Assembly: GCA_964016885.1 (NCBI GenBank) | Contig: OZ024741.1 | Span: 197,284,001-197,348,000, forward strand | Source: Eledone cirrhosa | Taxonomy: Eukaryota | Reading direction: 5' to 3' | Length of the DNA stretch: 64,000 bases | Shown: positions 25,743 to 39,700 of the stretch, piece by piece | Layout of the letters: each line of letters opens with the position of its first letter | Numbering within the stretch: the stretch's first letter is position 1 | The notes under the pieces: generated by a model | What the model saw: the letters and a program-made list of their open reading frames with translations, nothing else | Told to the model about the DNA's origin: nothing | Databases searched by the model: none | Translations under genes and position numbers: made by a program

Positions 25743-26034
25743 CATGCATGCATACATATATATATACATACACAAATACATACACAAATATATACACACA
25801 CACATAAATACGCATAACTAAAACTATTTTGATGAAAAGAAATTGACATTATATATGCATTCGTCTAATGAATGTAGATCCTGGAGTGCATAGATATTTA
25901 ATTGATTATACTTTTATTGGGATTCACTTCAAACCCATGTAATGAAAGATGGAGAAAATAAGAATAACGTCAGAAATTTGCTATGTACATATTTCTAATC
26001 TTTCCTTTTTATATCTAGTTCTAACTTTCATCCG

Positions 26035-26172
26035 TCCACCTACCTACCTACCTACCTACCTACCTGCCTACTTATCTACGTACGTACCTAGCTACCCACC
26101 TAGCTACCTACCTAGCTACATACCAAGCTACCTACCAAGCTACCTACCTACTTACCTAACTACCTACCTACC
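26035..26172. repeat. (CCTA)n microsatellite
   Basis: Direct observation. Confidence 0.95.
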
Positions 26173-27308
26173 GATCTAACTACATATATATTATCATGAC
26201 TATTAATTGACGTAGCATAACGCAAACAAAGGGACTCCAAAGCAACGTTATCCACAAGATACCAGCAATATTATCTAGATGCCTAAATACAACCTAACCT
26301 ATCAGCTACATACCACATTAGACATAAATTAAAACTAATCACTCCCCCCACAGCTAAGCTCTAAACGCTCCCGGCATATTAACACCAAAACCTATACAAA
26401 TTGCATATAAGGGGGCGTCGAGCCTCATTTGGCTATAGCCACCATATTACGTGGTTTCTATAAATCTCCGCAGCAACCTCTGTCCTTTTAGGTAAACGGT
26501 ATTGCACTCACTCCAAATAAGAACAACGACGAAAAAAAAATAAAAGCGAATAACAAAATAAACTAAATTAACTTCAGATATTCTCACTTAAATAAACTAC
26601 TCGCTTAACGATAAAAACCAGAACCGGCTAAATCAAAACCTTGCAATTATCTATTAAATTAATTCGAATCCTTCCGGAAATTAACAACTCGCTTAACGAA
26701 CAAAATTGATATCAAACCATATCTCCAACAAACCTTTTAAACAAACCCCTTACTTAACCATTAACTTAACAAAACAAACAAAACCCTCCAAACTAACACG
26801 GAACAAAATGAGGTCACTAATAAATAAGCAAATAAGCAAAAAAAAAAAAAAAAGAAAACGAAACGTTACTCTAAACAACACGAATATACCATCCAGCCCC
26901 GACAAACGGCTAAAAAACCCAACTAACAGGTAAACTAAAGACATGAGCTTAAACCAGAAAACAAGATTAAAGTAGAAACTAAAGATTTCGAAACAATAAA
27001 TATTAAAACAGAGCTAAAATCATAAACTTATACTAAACAACACATCAATCAATTGAATAGAGATTTTAAACACGATAAAACAAAACTGAATAACACGAAA
27101 CAATAATAACCATGGTTTCAAAAGCTCAGAGCCAGCATCTGCAATTTCAAGACATTGGAATAACTAATGTTGAAAGAACTGGACCTTTTATTGTCAGGAG
27201 GTGAGTTGAGTTCATCATGGTTGGGGCATTATATAGGCCAGAATTGGCTTCCTTTAGCCAATTTGACTTGTATTCACCCCAAAGTGTGATTTGAGCATAA
27301 ATTTAAAC

Positions 27309-27390
27309 ATGGCAGCGATAATGAGGGACAGAGACCGCTGGAGAGAACTCGTCCATGGATCTCGGGAATTTTACCCGCCTTAGATAGATA
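27309..27390 (+). mobile_element. Very short RTE 3' end with (TAGA)n tail
   Basis: MAAIMRDRDRWRELVHG resembles the RTE C-terminal DR..W motif. Confidence 0.5.
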
Positions 27391-27923
27391 TATATATATG
27401 TGTGTGTGTGTGTGTCTGTGTGTGTGTGTATATATGTATATGTATGTGTGTGTGTAATATATATATATATAAATGTATAATTGGCGGTAGTATTAAGACA
27501 GTGTCTAAGCATAATAGAGGTGTGTATGAAAACATATGTAATGCGTGTCTGTGTCTGAATTAATGTTTAAGCGCCTGTAATATAGCGGTCCGACATATTT
27601 AAATCTGTAAAATAAATGTTAGCGTTCGTCTGACCGACTACATTCTTGAAGATAGTGCCCTAGCATGGCTTTAATCCCTAAGCCAATAAGACGTGTGTGT
27701 GCGCGCGTATCTTTCGCCGGTGGATATCGGCAGAAGATGTAGACATTTCTACCACGATACACACACATGAAACAAGGTGTGGCATAACAAGGTGCCGCAC
27801 TGCAGCGAATGATTATCTGGTAAGATGAACTAAAACAACCATCACGCTCTACAGCACAGACAAACCTTACAGGTACGCAACAGAAAAGAAACATCAAACA
27901 TTTAATTTTAAGATACACCGAAC

Positions 27924-28100
27924 AGGTGCAGACATTGTTGTTTTTGTTAAAAAGTCCACTTCGTTACAATGTGGTTTCAAGTTCGGTCTCTCTGCGTGGC
28001 ATCTTGGGTGTCTTTTTTCTGTAGCCTTGGGTAGTTAAAGGCTTTGTGAGTGAAATTTTGGTAGACTGAAACTATGGAAGCTCGTCGTATCTTAACTATA
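27924..28100 (+). mobile_element. tRNA-SINE, second family
   Basis: Homologous to 9621-9790. Confidence 0.7.
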
Positions 28101-28186
28101 ATAAAGAGAGGAGTGCGGGACTGCGTCCAGAATATATATTTGTTATCCTGTTTATAAAACAAGTTGGATTACTTTGAATAAATAAT

Positions 28187-28373
28187 TGTTTCTACGTTAG
28201 GCACAAGGCCAGCAAATACCCAGTACCTTACTGGTACTTTATTTTATCGACTCCGTAAGGATGAAAGGCAAAGTTAACCTCGGCGGGATTTGAACTCAGA
28301 TCGTAAAGGGACGTAACTCTATGCTTCAAAGCATGGTGTCCGACTCTCTACCGATACTGCCAATCCACCGCCC
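28187..28373 (-). mobile_element. Full-length tRNA-SINE with 17-bp TSD
   Basis: tactttgaataaataat at 28170-28186 and 28374-28390. Confidence 0.95.
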
Positions 28374-28591
28374 TACTTTGAATAAATAATGAATAAATAT
28401 TACATAATTTATGTACTAAATTTCGTAACTTGATTAAATATAAATAATTTTATTGCTTCTTTTAAGATTCACTTTTCAAATTTTCAAATGTCAACACTTC
28501 CGGTTAGAGCCCGTTATATAACATTTATTACGACACTTATATAAACGTTCATATATTTCCGTCGCTAATTTTCTCCTAATGCAGTTTATAT

Positions 28592-28776
28592 ATAATTGTT
28601 TCTACTTTTGGCACAAGGCCAGCAATTATCCCAGTACATTACTGGTACTTTATTTTATCGACCCCGTAAGGATGAAAGGCAAAGTCAACCTCGCCGAGAT
28701 TTGAACTCAGATCATAAAGGAACATAACTGTATGCTTCAAAGCATGGCGTCCGACTGTCTACCGATACTGCCAATC
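28592..28776 (-). mobile_element. tRNA-SINE
   Basis: Colinear with 28187-28373. Confidence 0.92.
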
Positions 28777-28816
28777 TATGGATGACTTTACTGATTACAG
28801 AAGAGTGTAGCGTTCA

Positions 28817-28821
<5 letters not shown>

Positions 28822-28862
<41 letters not shown>

Positions 28863-28869
28863 ATATATA

Positions 28870-28946
<77 letters not shown>

Positions 28947-28951
28947 ATATA

Positions 28952-28998
<47 letters not shown>

Positions 28999-29005
28999 AT
29001 ATATA

Positions 29006-29074
<69 letters not shown>

Positions 29075-29107
29075 ATATATATATATATCTATATATATCT
29101 ATATATA

Positions 29108-29196
<89 letters not shown>

Positions 29197-29201
29197 ATAT
29201 A

Positions 29202-29272
<71 letters not shown>

Positions 29273-29279
29273 ATATATA

Positions 29280-29366
<87 letters not shown>
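28822..29366. repeat. ~545-bp (TA)n tract with TC interruptions, followed by a (GTA/GCA)n tract to ~29610
   Basis: Direct observation. Confidence 0.99.
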
Positions 29367-29370
<4 letters not shown>

Positions 29371-30514
29371 ACAGAGATCGAGAACCATTCCAGGAGATTC
29401 TACAAAAAAATTATTTATTTCGATTCTCTTTGAAATTGATTTTTGTAGTAGTAGTAGTAGTTGTAGTAGTAGTAGTAGTAGTAGTGTTGGTGGTGGTGGT
29501 GGTTGTGATGGCGGCGGTAGTTGTAAAAACAGCAGCAGCATAGCAGTAGTGGTAGCAGCAGCAGCAGTAGTAGTAGTAGTAGCAGTAGCAGTAGTAGTTG
29601 TTGTTATTGTTACAGTGGCACTCGTTCCTTTTGTTGATATAAATGTTTAAAGGAAAGAATGAGGAAACAGGATTTAATTATCTAGTTTGTTATTGCGTAT
29701 ATTCATTCATTAAAGCTTATTTTCACGTTGATTGAAAAGCTGATTGTGCAGCACGTCTTGAAATTGGTTTAGAATTCGTAAAAAGGAGATCATCGAACAT
29801 AAAAATTACCGCCGAATTTTGTAAAAAGTAGCACAGAAAATGTTATTGTTCTCAATTGCTTGATTGATGAAAACAACAACGAAATTACACTTACTGATGT
29901 CTCACAAATTATTCTTTAAACAATTGACTCTTATTAAGCTATCTCTTTTTTTGTTACGAAACTTTAGCTCCGAAACCCTAATTTCATTCTACCAGTTGAA
30001 ATTGCAAACACATTGAATGGTTTATAAAGACTTGCACGTGTTGTGATTATGCCGAAAGAGAACAGAGTTTATTGTGCTATTTTCATTTATTTTTCTCACT
30101 TGACAATTGTCTGATGTTAAAAGAAAAAAAAAACCCTACCATCCACCGCCTCCTCTCTCCTAAACTACCTAAACCTATTTACTGCATCATTAGATCTGTC
30201 AACTATCTAAATTGCTTAATGAGATCAGTTTCATTCTTAATAAAACGGTAAATATTCTTAAGAATTGATGTTAGCCTAAACGATACAATCAGAGCAGGGT
30301 AGGGTCGTAGCTATTTAAGGATGAGAAAAGTGGAATGGAATAAATATCTAGTATAAAGAAATGCATTTATTTACAATGAGGAGGTTTGATAGAGTAGTTA
30401 GAGTAGTTAGGAGTAGTTAGAGTAGTTAGAGTGTCGAATTAAACATTCCTTGGTATTATACCGGCTCACTCTGCTCTGTGTTCAAAGTTAACTTTGCCTT
30501 TCATCCTTTCGTGG

Positions 30515-30870
30515 TCGCTCTTCGACAGGTTTGCGATCGTGTCTTTGGCAGTGGAGACTTCTAGTGTCCTTGGCCCTAGGGATACCTCCCTACTCACCAC
30601 CATAGGCGCTGAGCTGGCCAGTCAAAGGTGTGAGCCACGCGAGATGGAATGGCTCTTCCAGCGCATCTCCCTTACCATCCTCCGGGGAAACGCCTTCTCC
30701 ATTCTGTCCGCCGGGGTTGTGGGGCGGCCAGCACGTGGGACCCCATTTGCTCACAATACAGAGAGACGGGGAGGGCGAGAGATAGGGGCGGTGATAGTGG
30801 GAGTTCGGCTCTTCCGTTTTCGGACACATTGCATTTGTCATGTGGATTATGTGATAATTTCATTTTAATT
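30515..30870 (+). mobile_element. CRE-clade non-LTR retrotransposon 3' fragment
   Basis: LAVETSSVLGP..EPREMEWLFQRISLTILRGNAFSIL fits the CRE RLE C-terminal ETxG / QRISxAIQRGNA motif. Confidence 0.8.
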
Positions 30871-31126
30871 GTGAAGTTACAAGTTCGTGCCTTATCTGGT
30901 ATTGAAGAATTAAATTTATTTAATTATCATTTTAACAAACAAATTATATCAATATAACGCAAAACATAGTGAGTTTGAACTACATGCACAATAGAAATAA
31001 AGTGCCAGTACTAAGGTCGATTCATTTTTGCTTGTCTCCCTCTTTCTATACCACGAGTTAAGTCTCCTTTACATTTATTCACGCGCGCAAGAAAAATATG
31101 TATACCATAGTAGATCTGTGCCGTAA

Positions 31127-31315
31127 ATAATTGTTTCTACTTTAGGCACAAGGCCAGCAATTACCCCGTGCATTACTGGTACTTTATTTTATCGACCCCG
31201 TAAGGTGAAAGGCAAAGTCAACCTCGGCGGGATTTGAACTCAGATCGTAAAGGGACGTAATTATGCTGGAAAGCATGGCGTCCGACCCTCTACCGATACT
31301 GCCAATCCACCGCCT
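31127..31315 (-). mobile_element. Full-length tRNA-SINE with TSD
   Basis: gatctgtgc[c/t]gtaaataat on both sides. Confidence 0.95.
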
Positions 31316-32404
31316 TTGGATCTGTGCTGTAAATAATGACGGCATTAGCGTTGAACACATTTAGGTTTTGGAGTCCAGGATTGGTGTGTCATTTATCCCA
31401 GGATTATCAGACATATGAACTGCCGTACAAGCTGGGAAATATGTGCTTGATAAATTTGTGGTTTACATAAGAGAAACCCAATAGTTTATGTTGATTACCA
31501 ATATGTAGAAGTGATTAATGATAATATTTTAATGATTTATTTCTAGGATATAATTATACAGATGTTCAGCAAATGTGTCCAAATAACATACAAGGTTAAA
31601 TGTATTAGTAACTTTGGAGAAATAACTATTTACAGGACCAAATGTAGGATTAGAACGAAGAGCCTTGTGATTGGAGACCAAACTTCTTATTGTAACATCA
31701 TACACTGTGTGTATGTTTGTGTGCGGCAATAATGGGTTACAGGTGGAGATAGATATATAAAACACGCATTTCGTGCTATTGTGCTTGATTTGTCTTCTAT
31801 TTATTCTTTTGTTTATCGAAATTCGATAACGAGGTCGCTTAACAGTGAGATCTTTTGGTGGTTGAACAGTTCTATCCTGGATCTACAAACTCTATTGCAC
31901 GTGGGGCATATATATGTGAAGGTTATGTGGCGGTAGTAATATAGAAAATATGGTTGCATTGTTTGGCTTTCTTCTACTATTTCCTGTTATCCTCTTTATC
32001 ACCACCAGGAAACGAACCTACCTCTACATAGCTCCAGGCAGGCACTATGGTCAGGAACAATATCGCCAAGGCCCTTGATTTTGATCTGGTACCCCCTCAA
32101 ATCATAATTGAACTGGTCTTTCATTTAGTTCCAGACTTTTACCTTCTGGTTTCAAATTCTGCCGAGATCAACTTTACTTTCATACTTCCGGAGTGGAGAA
32201 GAGGGATAATTTAATAAAATACCATTCAAATACTGAGGAAGATATAATCGACTTTTCACTTGGAGTTACTAGTCTTGAGTCAAACGTTAGAAACCAATAT
32301 TGATCTGGTCCTTGTAGCGCTCCTTCCATTCTCCAGCTGAACGTTCACCATGGTTTAGTTGACCATATATCATTCTAACAAGCTGAGTAACATATTTGGG
32401 TACT

Positions 32405-32517
32405 TTAATTAAAACACAACCGGCTGATATTGTTGTTTGGGACTACATAATAAAACATGCTCTGTTATGGAAGTCATCTGCCCACTTGTCATCAATGTAG
32501 GAGGAAAAATACAAGAG
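32405..32517 (+). mobile_element. R4-like RLE fragment
   Basis: Decayed match to KHNRPDIVVWD..EISCPLDVNV of the 41039-41797 family. Confidence 0.7.
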
Positions 32518-32739
32518 TACCGATGAGAAGTTTACTAATCCAGTACACCAAATAGACGTTCACTTTCAAACTTAAGCAACAGCAATGAACTGGAATAATT
32601 GCTGGCCTTGTGCCAAAAGTAGAAAACTTATTATTAGAGTTACAGCATATATACCAAGCCACCTGGACCAAATTATGACTTAGTAGGTCAAATCGGACCA
32701 AGGAGATAATGTTTCCACTGGCCTTTCCATTGCTGATTC

Positions 32740-32890
32740 TATCTACCGGTTGCAACTCCTGGCAGAAGGAGCAACGTGAACTAAAGTGTCTTGCTCAAGG
32801 ACGTAACGAATCGCCCAGTCCGGTAATCGAACTCGCAGCCTCTCGATTGCGAATCCAATTCTATAATCACTAAGCCACGCACCTTCACTG
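32740..32890 (-). mobile_element. tRNA-SINE head
   Basis: Reverse complement has A box (gtggcttagtgatta), B box (gagttcgattacc) and ccttgagcaagacacttt. Confidence 0.7.
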
Positions 32891-34665
32891 TATATGACAT
32901 ATCACTTCATATTGACACCCTGTCCATAAAGATGGTTCCGGAGGAGAACACAGATAAATAGGGGAAACGATATCAACCACTCTTTTGAACTGGTGCGATG
33001 TCCGTTTCAATCTGCAAATGTTGCTTATCTCTGTATGTGTCTTAACTATCTCCGACTGCATTCAATTTACAAGTGCAATCGAAATGAGACTTGTGCTGAG
33101 GTGCTGGAGACCCAAATACAACTTGTGTGTAGTAGCACAAACATGAAACACAGGTGAAGTAGGCGGATATCTGCTATGCTGCCAACAATGCTACCACAAA
33201 AACATTTACAATAACAGCAACAGAAAAAATCCATACCCCAGTTAAGACAGAGAAGGTCAGTACCACTACCGTTTCTGCAAGAACACATCCATCCAGAACA
33301 ACACCAAAAAACGACACAAACACACATACATGCAGTAACCAGCCTCCAATTACCAACTGTAACTTTCGTCAAAATGACGATAGGAAGTAAACCACCCCCA
33401 CCCAAAGTATGACAGGATGTGTAAGGCATAACCCCCCCCCCCGGAAAATAATACATTATCATTCCAAATACACGAAACAAAACTAATCCCTAGTAGTTTT
33501 AGACACATTAAATAAACGAAATATAGAAAAATAATAAAAACCGAAATAAAATACTAATCAATTAAAGTATATTCTATGGCAGAGCAACACCGGTGCATCA
33601 CGAATACAGGCTTAATCTTACGAGAGTGCCTAAGCATGGTAACTCGACCAGGTAAAAATAACAGTCATATTTTCTCAACTCATACTTTATTAGAAAAGGA
33701 GAGATACATTAGGCAATGTAGTCCCAGATATACAAATAGACGTTGTTGCAGAATGTTTGTTAATCATAGGTCGGCTTGACCAGAGCTAACGTGAGGCGAA
33801 GCAACAACAACTCCAGCAGCAACAACATAACCATTACACTCCCATATGCTGATTAATTCAGTGAACTGTCTAAGGATTGGATTAATTTAAAATTCGTTGT
33901 TATCCTCATTGGGAGCCCTGGTAAGCCGTATGTTGTGAAGGATTGGTTTATCGTTTCCGTTACGTTGATGTCATCGTTAACAAAATGAGCGTTAAAATAT
34001 GGAAATGTCGCCAGTTACTTTACTATGAATAATTAATGGTTCTTCCATGTTTATCATCACGTATGGGATATATAAAGAAAATGCCAATACGATATTCATT
34101 GCGTTTCAATCGTATGCCAAAATGTATATAGACCAATATCTCTTAATATTTTCAATAATGTTTGAATAGCAAATGCATATATATGTAATTATGCGCACAC
34201 AAACACACGCGCATGCGCACATGCACAGACACAGACACACTCGTACCTACACATATACACGAAAGTGTCAACAAGAAGAAATGAGAATTGAAATGCCACA
34301 TACCGTTATTTCAAGTTTCTCGGTGCAAATCTTCGGATGAATATAAAAAATAAACTTGTCACAATGTTTTGTTGATGCCCTTCTGAAGATCGTTAAGAAG
34401 AAACTCGGAGCAACGATTGTTTAGTTCCAGCAACCAGTAAGATATATATGCAATCTATATAGGCGTTTGAACAAGCGTTATATGCCATGTAGCTCTCAAT
34501 TTTACGAATATGGAGATACATATTATATATTTACGCTGTAGAATCTTATCAAAATATGTTACTTAAAGTTTCACATAAACTTGAACGAGGAGTACATATA
34601 TCAGGAATAAAATTATCCAACCACCGAACCAAAATACCATCATATAAAACTTGATTATTTGCTAT

Positions 34666-34989
34666 TGTAGCAGTGGCCTCCCTTGTTGTGACTCACAACC
34701 CCAATAGATTAACATCTAGACGGGAAGTAGAACCCTTTCTGTAACTTCCGGCAGAGCCCTATAAAACGAATAGCTCTCGGCTCTCTCCCTCTCATTTGCC
34801 CTTCCGGCGCCTGGCCTTCGCCAGGCGTCTCGCGTTTGCCTGGCAATCAAAACGGTAACTACTAACTTTGCTTCATTCTTTCATCTATTTCATTGACATG
34901 TCAACTATACTGTTAGATTGTTAATTAAATATTATACACACAAACCATGTCTCCTTGTTACATTCATACAACCCAGTATATCCGCTATA
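34666..34989 (+). mobile_element. Probable solo LTR (324 bp)
   Basis: Termini tgtagcag..ccgctata (imperfect inverted repeat, CA>TA), 4-bp TSD ctat, TATAAAA at 34760, ATTAAA near 34924. Confidence 0.65.
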
Positions 34990-36062
34990 CTATCTACACA
35001 ATGTGCGATGCAAGTATTTTCCTTCCGTTCTTGGGAAACTCTGGGAGAAAGGTTAATAGACTGTGAAGTAGGCGTATGGGGAGATCCCTCTAGGGAGGCT
35101 AACCTGTAGCAAAAGAAATATTCCCAAGGTTCCTCTCACTGACATGGCCAATAAAAATTGACCTTCGACCCCACTGAGAAGACAGCACATACATAATCAG
35201 GATGCTAGGTTTAACAGCGCCAAGGAAGGAGAAGATAGCGGGAGGCCATAGGTCAATATAAATAATCTGTCCTGAAATCTTGAAACAGAGAGAATTTTCT
35301 ATCACCAAAATAAGACGTCACCTTCCCTTGTCACTGGGCTTTTGACTACTACCTTGCTGATACTACTAACGAATGATAACTTGCCACTCTCTATTTCAGC
35401 ATAACGATAAAAGAACAAAACATCTTCAACCTTTGTAGTAATCATATTCTTTGTTCCTTTATTCACAAAGGAAAGTAAATTTTATATTTAAACAAAACCA
35501 CTTATTTGTCGTGTTATTTCAGCTCTAACAACACTTACTAACTTTGCTTCACTTCAAACTGACAATAGGGTCCATAACAAGGGGTTATGTCCCTTTTCAT
35601 ACGACATGAAAACAATCTGGGCCAAAACGATATGCAGAATGAAAGTAGTTAATAATAAATAAATTAACTTGAATTAAATTACATTAAAAATCATAAATTG
35701 TTGGTAAAATTACGAAATGTTATGTTCAATTAATATTAGATTATGAGCTGCATATTCTAAAGAGTGGTGGCTGGAATTAAATAATCTATAGGTTGTAAAT
35801 CTACAAGGATCAAAGTGAGAAGAAACGTAAATAGAAACGTAGAGGGAATAATCTCAATTTTGATGAATATATTACAATATATATTGGGCAAATGTCATTA
35901 TCTATGAGCGTGAGTTGAAACTATAAATATTACATCATAGAAAAGCTGTTTTATCCACTTATGAACACATTTAAATTCATTTATTATATTCACTTTTAGT
36001 TTATTTCTTAATAATACCAAGTTTTGTATGAATGAATGAATGAATGTATGTATGTATGTATG

Positions 36063-36096
<34 letters not shown>

Positions 36097-36138
36097 TGTA
36101 TGTATGTATGTATGTATGTATGTATGTATGTATGTATG

Positions 36139-36697
36139 TCTCATGGTCGGGTCGTTGGCGACTAAACTGGCAACCCCACCAAGGTTTCTTGGTGAGGTGG
36201 GTGACTTTGGACATCCTGCAGGACTAAAAACAAAACCTGTCAAAGGGCAAAGGAACTCTTAAGAGTCAATGGCCATCCAAAATCACCGGGAGAGATGACC
36301 CCTTAGCCTTTGTCAAGGCAGAATTCTAGGAGAAGGAAAACTCTGATATAACACCTGCAACCCTGATGGTATCCAATGATGTTGACTTGTTCTTCTTTTT
36401 GGTAAATATCATCTTGGTTAAGAGAGTGAGACTGGCTTTGTGCAGTGCCTTTGCTCACTATAAAAGCTTCACGGCACAGGCATTGCTTTATATCTGGAGA
36501 TCTCTCTGCACTTGTCATCACATGGTACCATGGGCCCAGCACTATGTGCCAATAATTGTCACAAGAATGGTGTTTGTACCAGAGTTTTCAAGTCGCTGGC
36601 TGGACTAAAAAGTCACACTCGTTCAGCGCATCGGTAGGGGTTTTCCTACATGGATATAAAGTAGTGGCCGTACTTGAAAACGAGTTGGCAGCCACCA
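36139..36697 (+). mobile_element. Bipartite non-autonomous RTE-derived element in (TATG)n
   Basis: 5' part homologous to 43600-44010; 3' part encodes C..VCTRVFKSLAGLKSHTRSAHR* (36545-36637); (TATG)n tail. Confidence 0.7.
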
Positions 36698-36799
36698 TGT
36701 ATGTATGTATGCATGTATGTATGTATGTATGTATGTATGTATGTATGTATGTATGTATGTATGTATGTATGTATGTATGTATGTATGTATGTATGTATG

Positions 36800-39700
36800 T
36801 TCTCGTTTTATAATTTCACAAATTTTTACCAATAGAGAGAGAGTCGGTTTCTAGCATAGACACAAGACTCTCACATTGGAATTTACACAACATCAACTAG
36901 GTAGATATGTATGTATGTCTGCATGCATGCATGTGTAGATGTGTATGTTATTGTATGTGTGGATGTGTATGTTGTGAGTTGTATGTGTGCATGTGTATAT
37001 GCTTTGTATCTGTACATGTGTATATGCACTTATTAGATGCAAAACTTTTGGAATGTTTTACATATTTTTACTGTTCCATTAATGGATTGTACTTGTAATT
37101 TCCTAACTAGTTGTGTTCTTTCTGTTCTTGTGAAGCCTAGCTTCTCAAAATTTGTATTGAGGCAGTTACTAACATACCCTAGTGCCCCAATAATCACAGG
37201 CATAAATCTGAAGGTATAGTCAGAGTGGAGTATCTGCAGATTTCTCATCAGTTCTGCATAAATATTCTCCTTTTCACTAATCTTTGATATTATATTGGCA
37301 TCTGCTGGGCAGCTAACTTCCACTACTGTGCATGCTTTCTTCTCCCTGTCCCATATCATAATATCTGGTCTGTTATGCCTGCATTTTATTGGGGGTTTTT
37401 ACTAGAACGTTCCACCAGTACCCTTTCATATTATGTACATGGATGTCTTCCACATTGCTGTAGCTTTTAATGTGTTTATTATCGGGGCTATCTTTTCTAC
37501 GGATTGCATTGTACAGTGTTTTGGCCACTACATCATGCCTCATAGGTAGATAGTACCACGATGGCATCTTTGGACAGCTGCTGATGACATGGGTGACATC
37601 TTTGATGTTAATTCTGCAGTCTGCACTTGTCACTTCTTGGTGTTTTGCCTGCATCGCTATTTCTGTTGTGAGTCAGGTATTTCGTATTAATTTCTGTTCT
37701 TGGATTACAAAAGCGTATCCTTCAAAGTGGGAGCCAATATAGCGGTTGTTGGTCCAAGATAGACTACTTTCCTTATCTATATTACTCTCACTCTGGAGTT
37801 TCCTGGCAACATATCCATGCATGAATTTTTGCTGATGGGCATGCAGTTTGTCATCCATGGATTCACTGCGATACTGCTGAGCGACTTCCCTGGGTGTGAG
37901 TTTTTGATTATCACACAGAGAATACCTCTCAAGGAGTTCCTTCCCAACTCTCATGATCTTATCTGTTTCATGCAGATAGACTTGCTCGAGAGACGGGCCT
38001 CTACGCTTCGAGGTTCGTAGATGTTGTCGGAGGGACATGATGCGACATTCAAATGCTGTCTGGACTGGTGTTAGGCCCCTGCCTCCCTGCTTAGGTTTCA
38101 AGTAAAGGCGGTCTATGTCACTGTTGATGTGGAAGTTTCCGGTGTTGTTTAGTATTTTTCGAGTTCTAACATCAACTGCTCGGGTTTCGTCTATCGTCCA
38201 ATTGAGTATTCCAAACGTTGGTGTTAGGACAGGCACAGCAAACACATTGTGAGCCACTGTTTTGTTTTGCACAGAAAGTTCCGATGACCAAATCTTTCTT
38301 AATCGGGTGTAGTATTCCCTGGTTACGCGTTCCTTATTACAGATACCATAATAGAATATGTTCTCGTCTATCCCCAGGTATCTGTAGCAGTCCTCATCAG
38401 ATATCGGTGAAACAGTTAGGCCATTGATGACAATGTAGCTAGAGTGGGTTGTTGTTTCCCCTCGCTTTACAGTCATATATGAGCATTTATTTTGGCCAAA
38501 CTCCATTCTTATATCCTTTGAGAACGTTGTAACCAGGTCAAGATTTTTCTTCATCTCATCCATGTTTTTGGCGTAGAGTTTCAGATCACCCACAAAGAAA
38601 TTATGGGTTAGGTTCGTATTTCTGTCCACCTGTGAGCCAATGATATATCCTTCACATTTCTTGAGCAGAAAGGACAAGGGGTTTAATGACAGGATGAATA
38701 ATATCACAGAGAGACTGTCTCTCTGAAATATACCCCTGCGATATTTTATTTTATCAGTGAAAATAGAGTCCTCTTTCGCTGTCTTTAACTTTAGGATAGT
38801 AGCCCAAGAAGAAGACAGCTTCTCTATGGCTCTGATAATAATGTCTGGGACTTTAGCAAGTCGGAGCCCCTCTATCATCCAAGAGTGGGGAACAGAATTG
38901 AAAGCTTTCCTGTAGTCCAGCCAGACTGTAGCCATATTCCTTCTAAGTTGTCGCACATCCGACTTCGCAGTTTTGTTGATTAGGAGTTGTTCAGCACATC
39001 CCCAAACCCCTTTCTTTCCAGCTGCTTGTTCACCTGTGATGATGTTATTATTTTCACAGTGACCTTTGAGGAATATATTCAGGAAGGCTGTATACATCTT
39101 ATACATCAGGTTCTGGCATGCAATGGGTCGGTAGTTTTTTGCCAAGTGGGTGTCTTTGTTCTTGGGGACCAGTAATGTTTGTGCTAATGTCAACCATTCT
39201 GGTATAAGTGTATCGCCCTTAAGAACTTGTTGGTAGAGGTCAGTAAGATACCTCCGATAGAATATCAGTGTTTTGTACCAGCAACCGACAATCATGTCTC
39301 TTCCTGGTGTTTTCTTATCTTGGAGTTTTCTTATCACAGTCTCAATGGTACCCTCACTTATTTCGTATGTTTTTGTTGTAGTGTAGGAGCAATAGTTCTT
39401 TTGGATTTCTTTTAGCCACACTGCATCTCGGTTGAAATTCTTCTTTTCCCCCCATATTTTTCTCCAAAAGGAATCTATGTCTTTCTGGGATGGGGCCTCA
39501 GTGACATTTATTATTTTGCCCTTCATATCTCTATAGACTGATGTTTGGTTTCGTCTGAATCTTTTATTAAGCACTTTTCTTTCATCTACCCTCTTCAGGT
39601 ATCGGCGTTTTTCGCTAACAGCTCTCAATTCTTGTTTGAGGGTGATCAGCTTATATTGAAGAGTTCTGGTTATACTATTACTAAACATCGTCTCTATTTT

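Noticed and set aside
26035-26172. Interstitial telomeric repeat
   Set aside because: The unit is CCTA, not CCCTAA or CCTAA.
27104-27146. Hammerhead on the minus strand (CAGATGC..GAAA-ccatgg-TT)
   Set aside because: Two core mismatches and no clear helix I.
28782-29543. ORFs rich in YI, CV or HT (here and throughout the window)
   Set aside because: Translations of (TA)n, (TG)n and (CA)n microsatellites.
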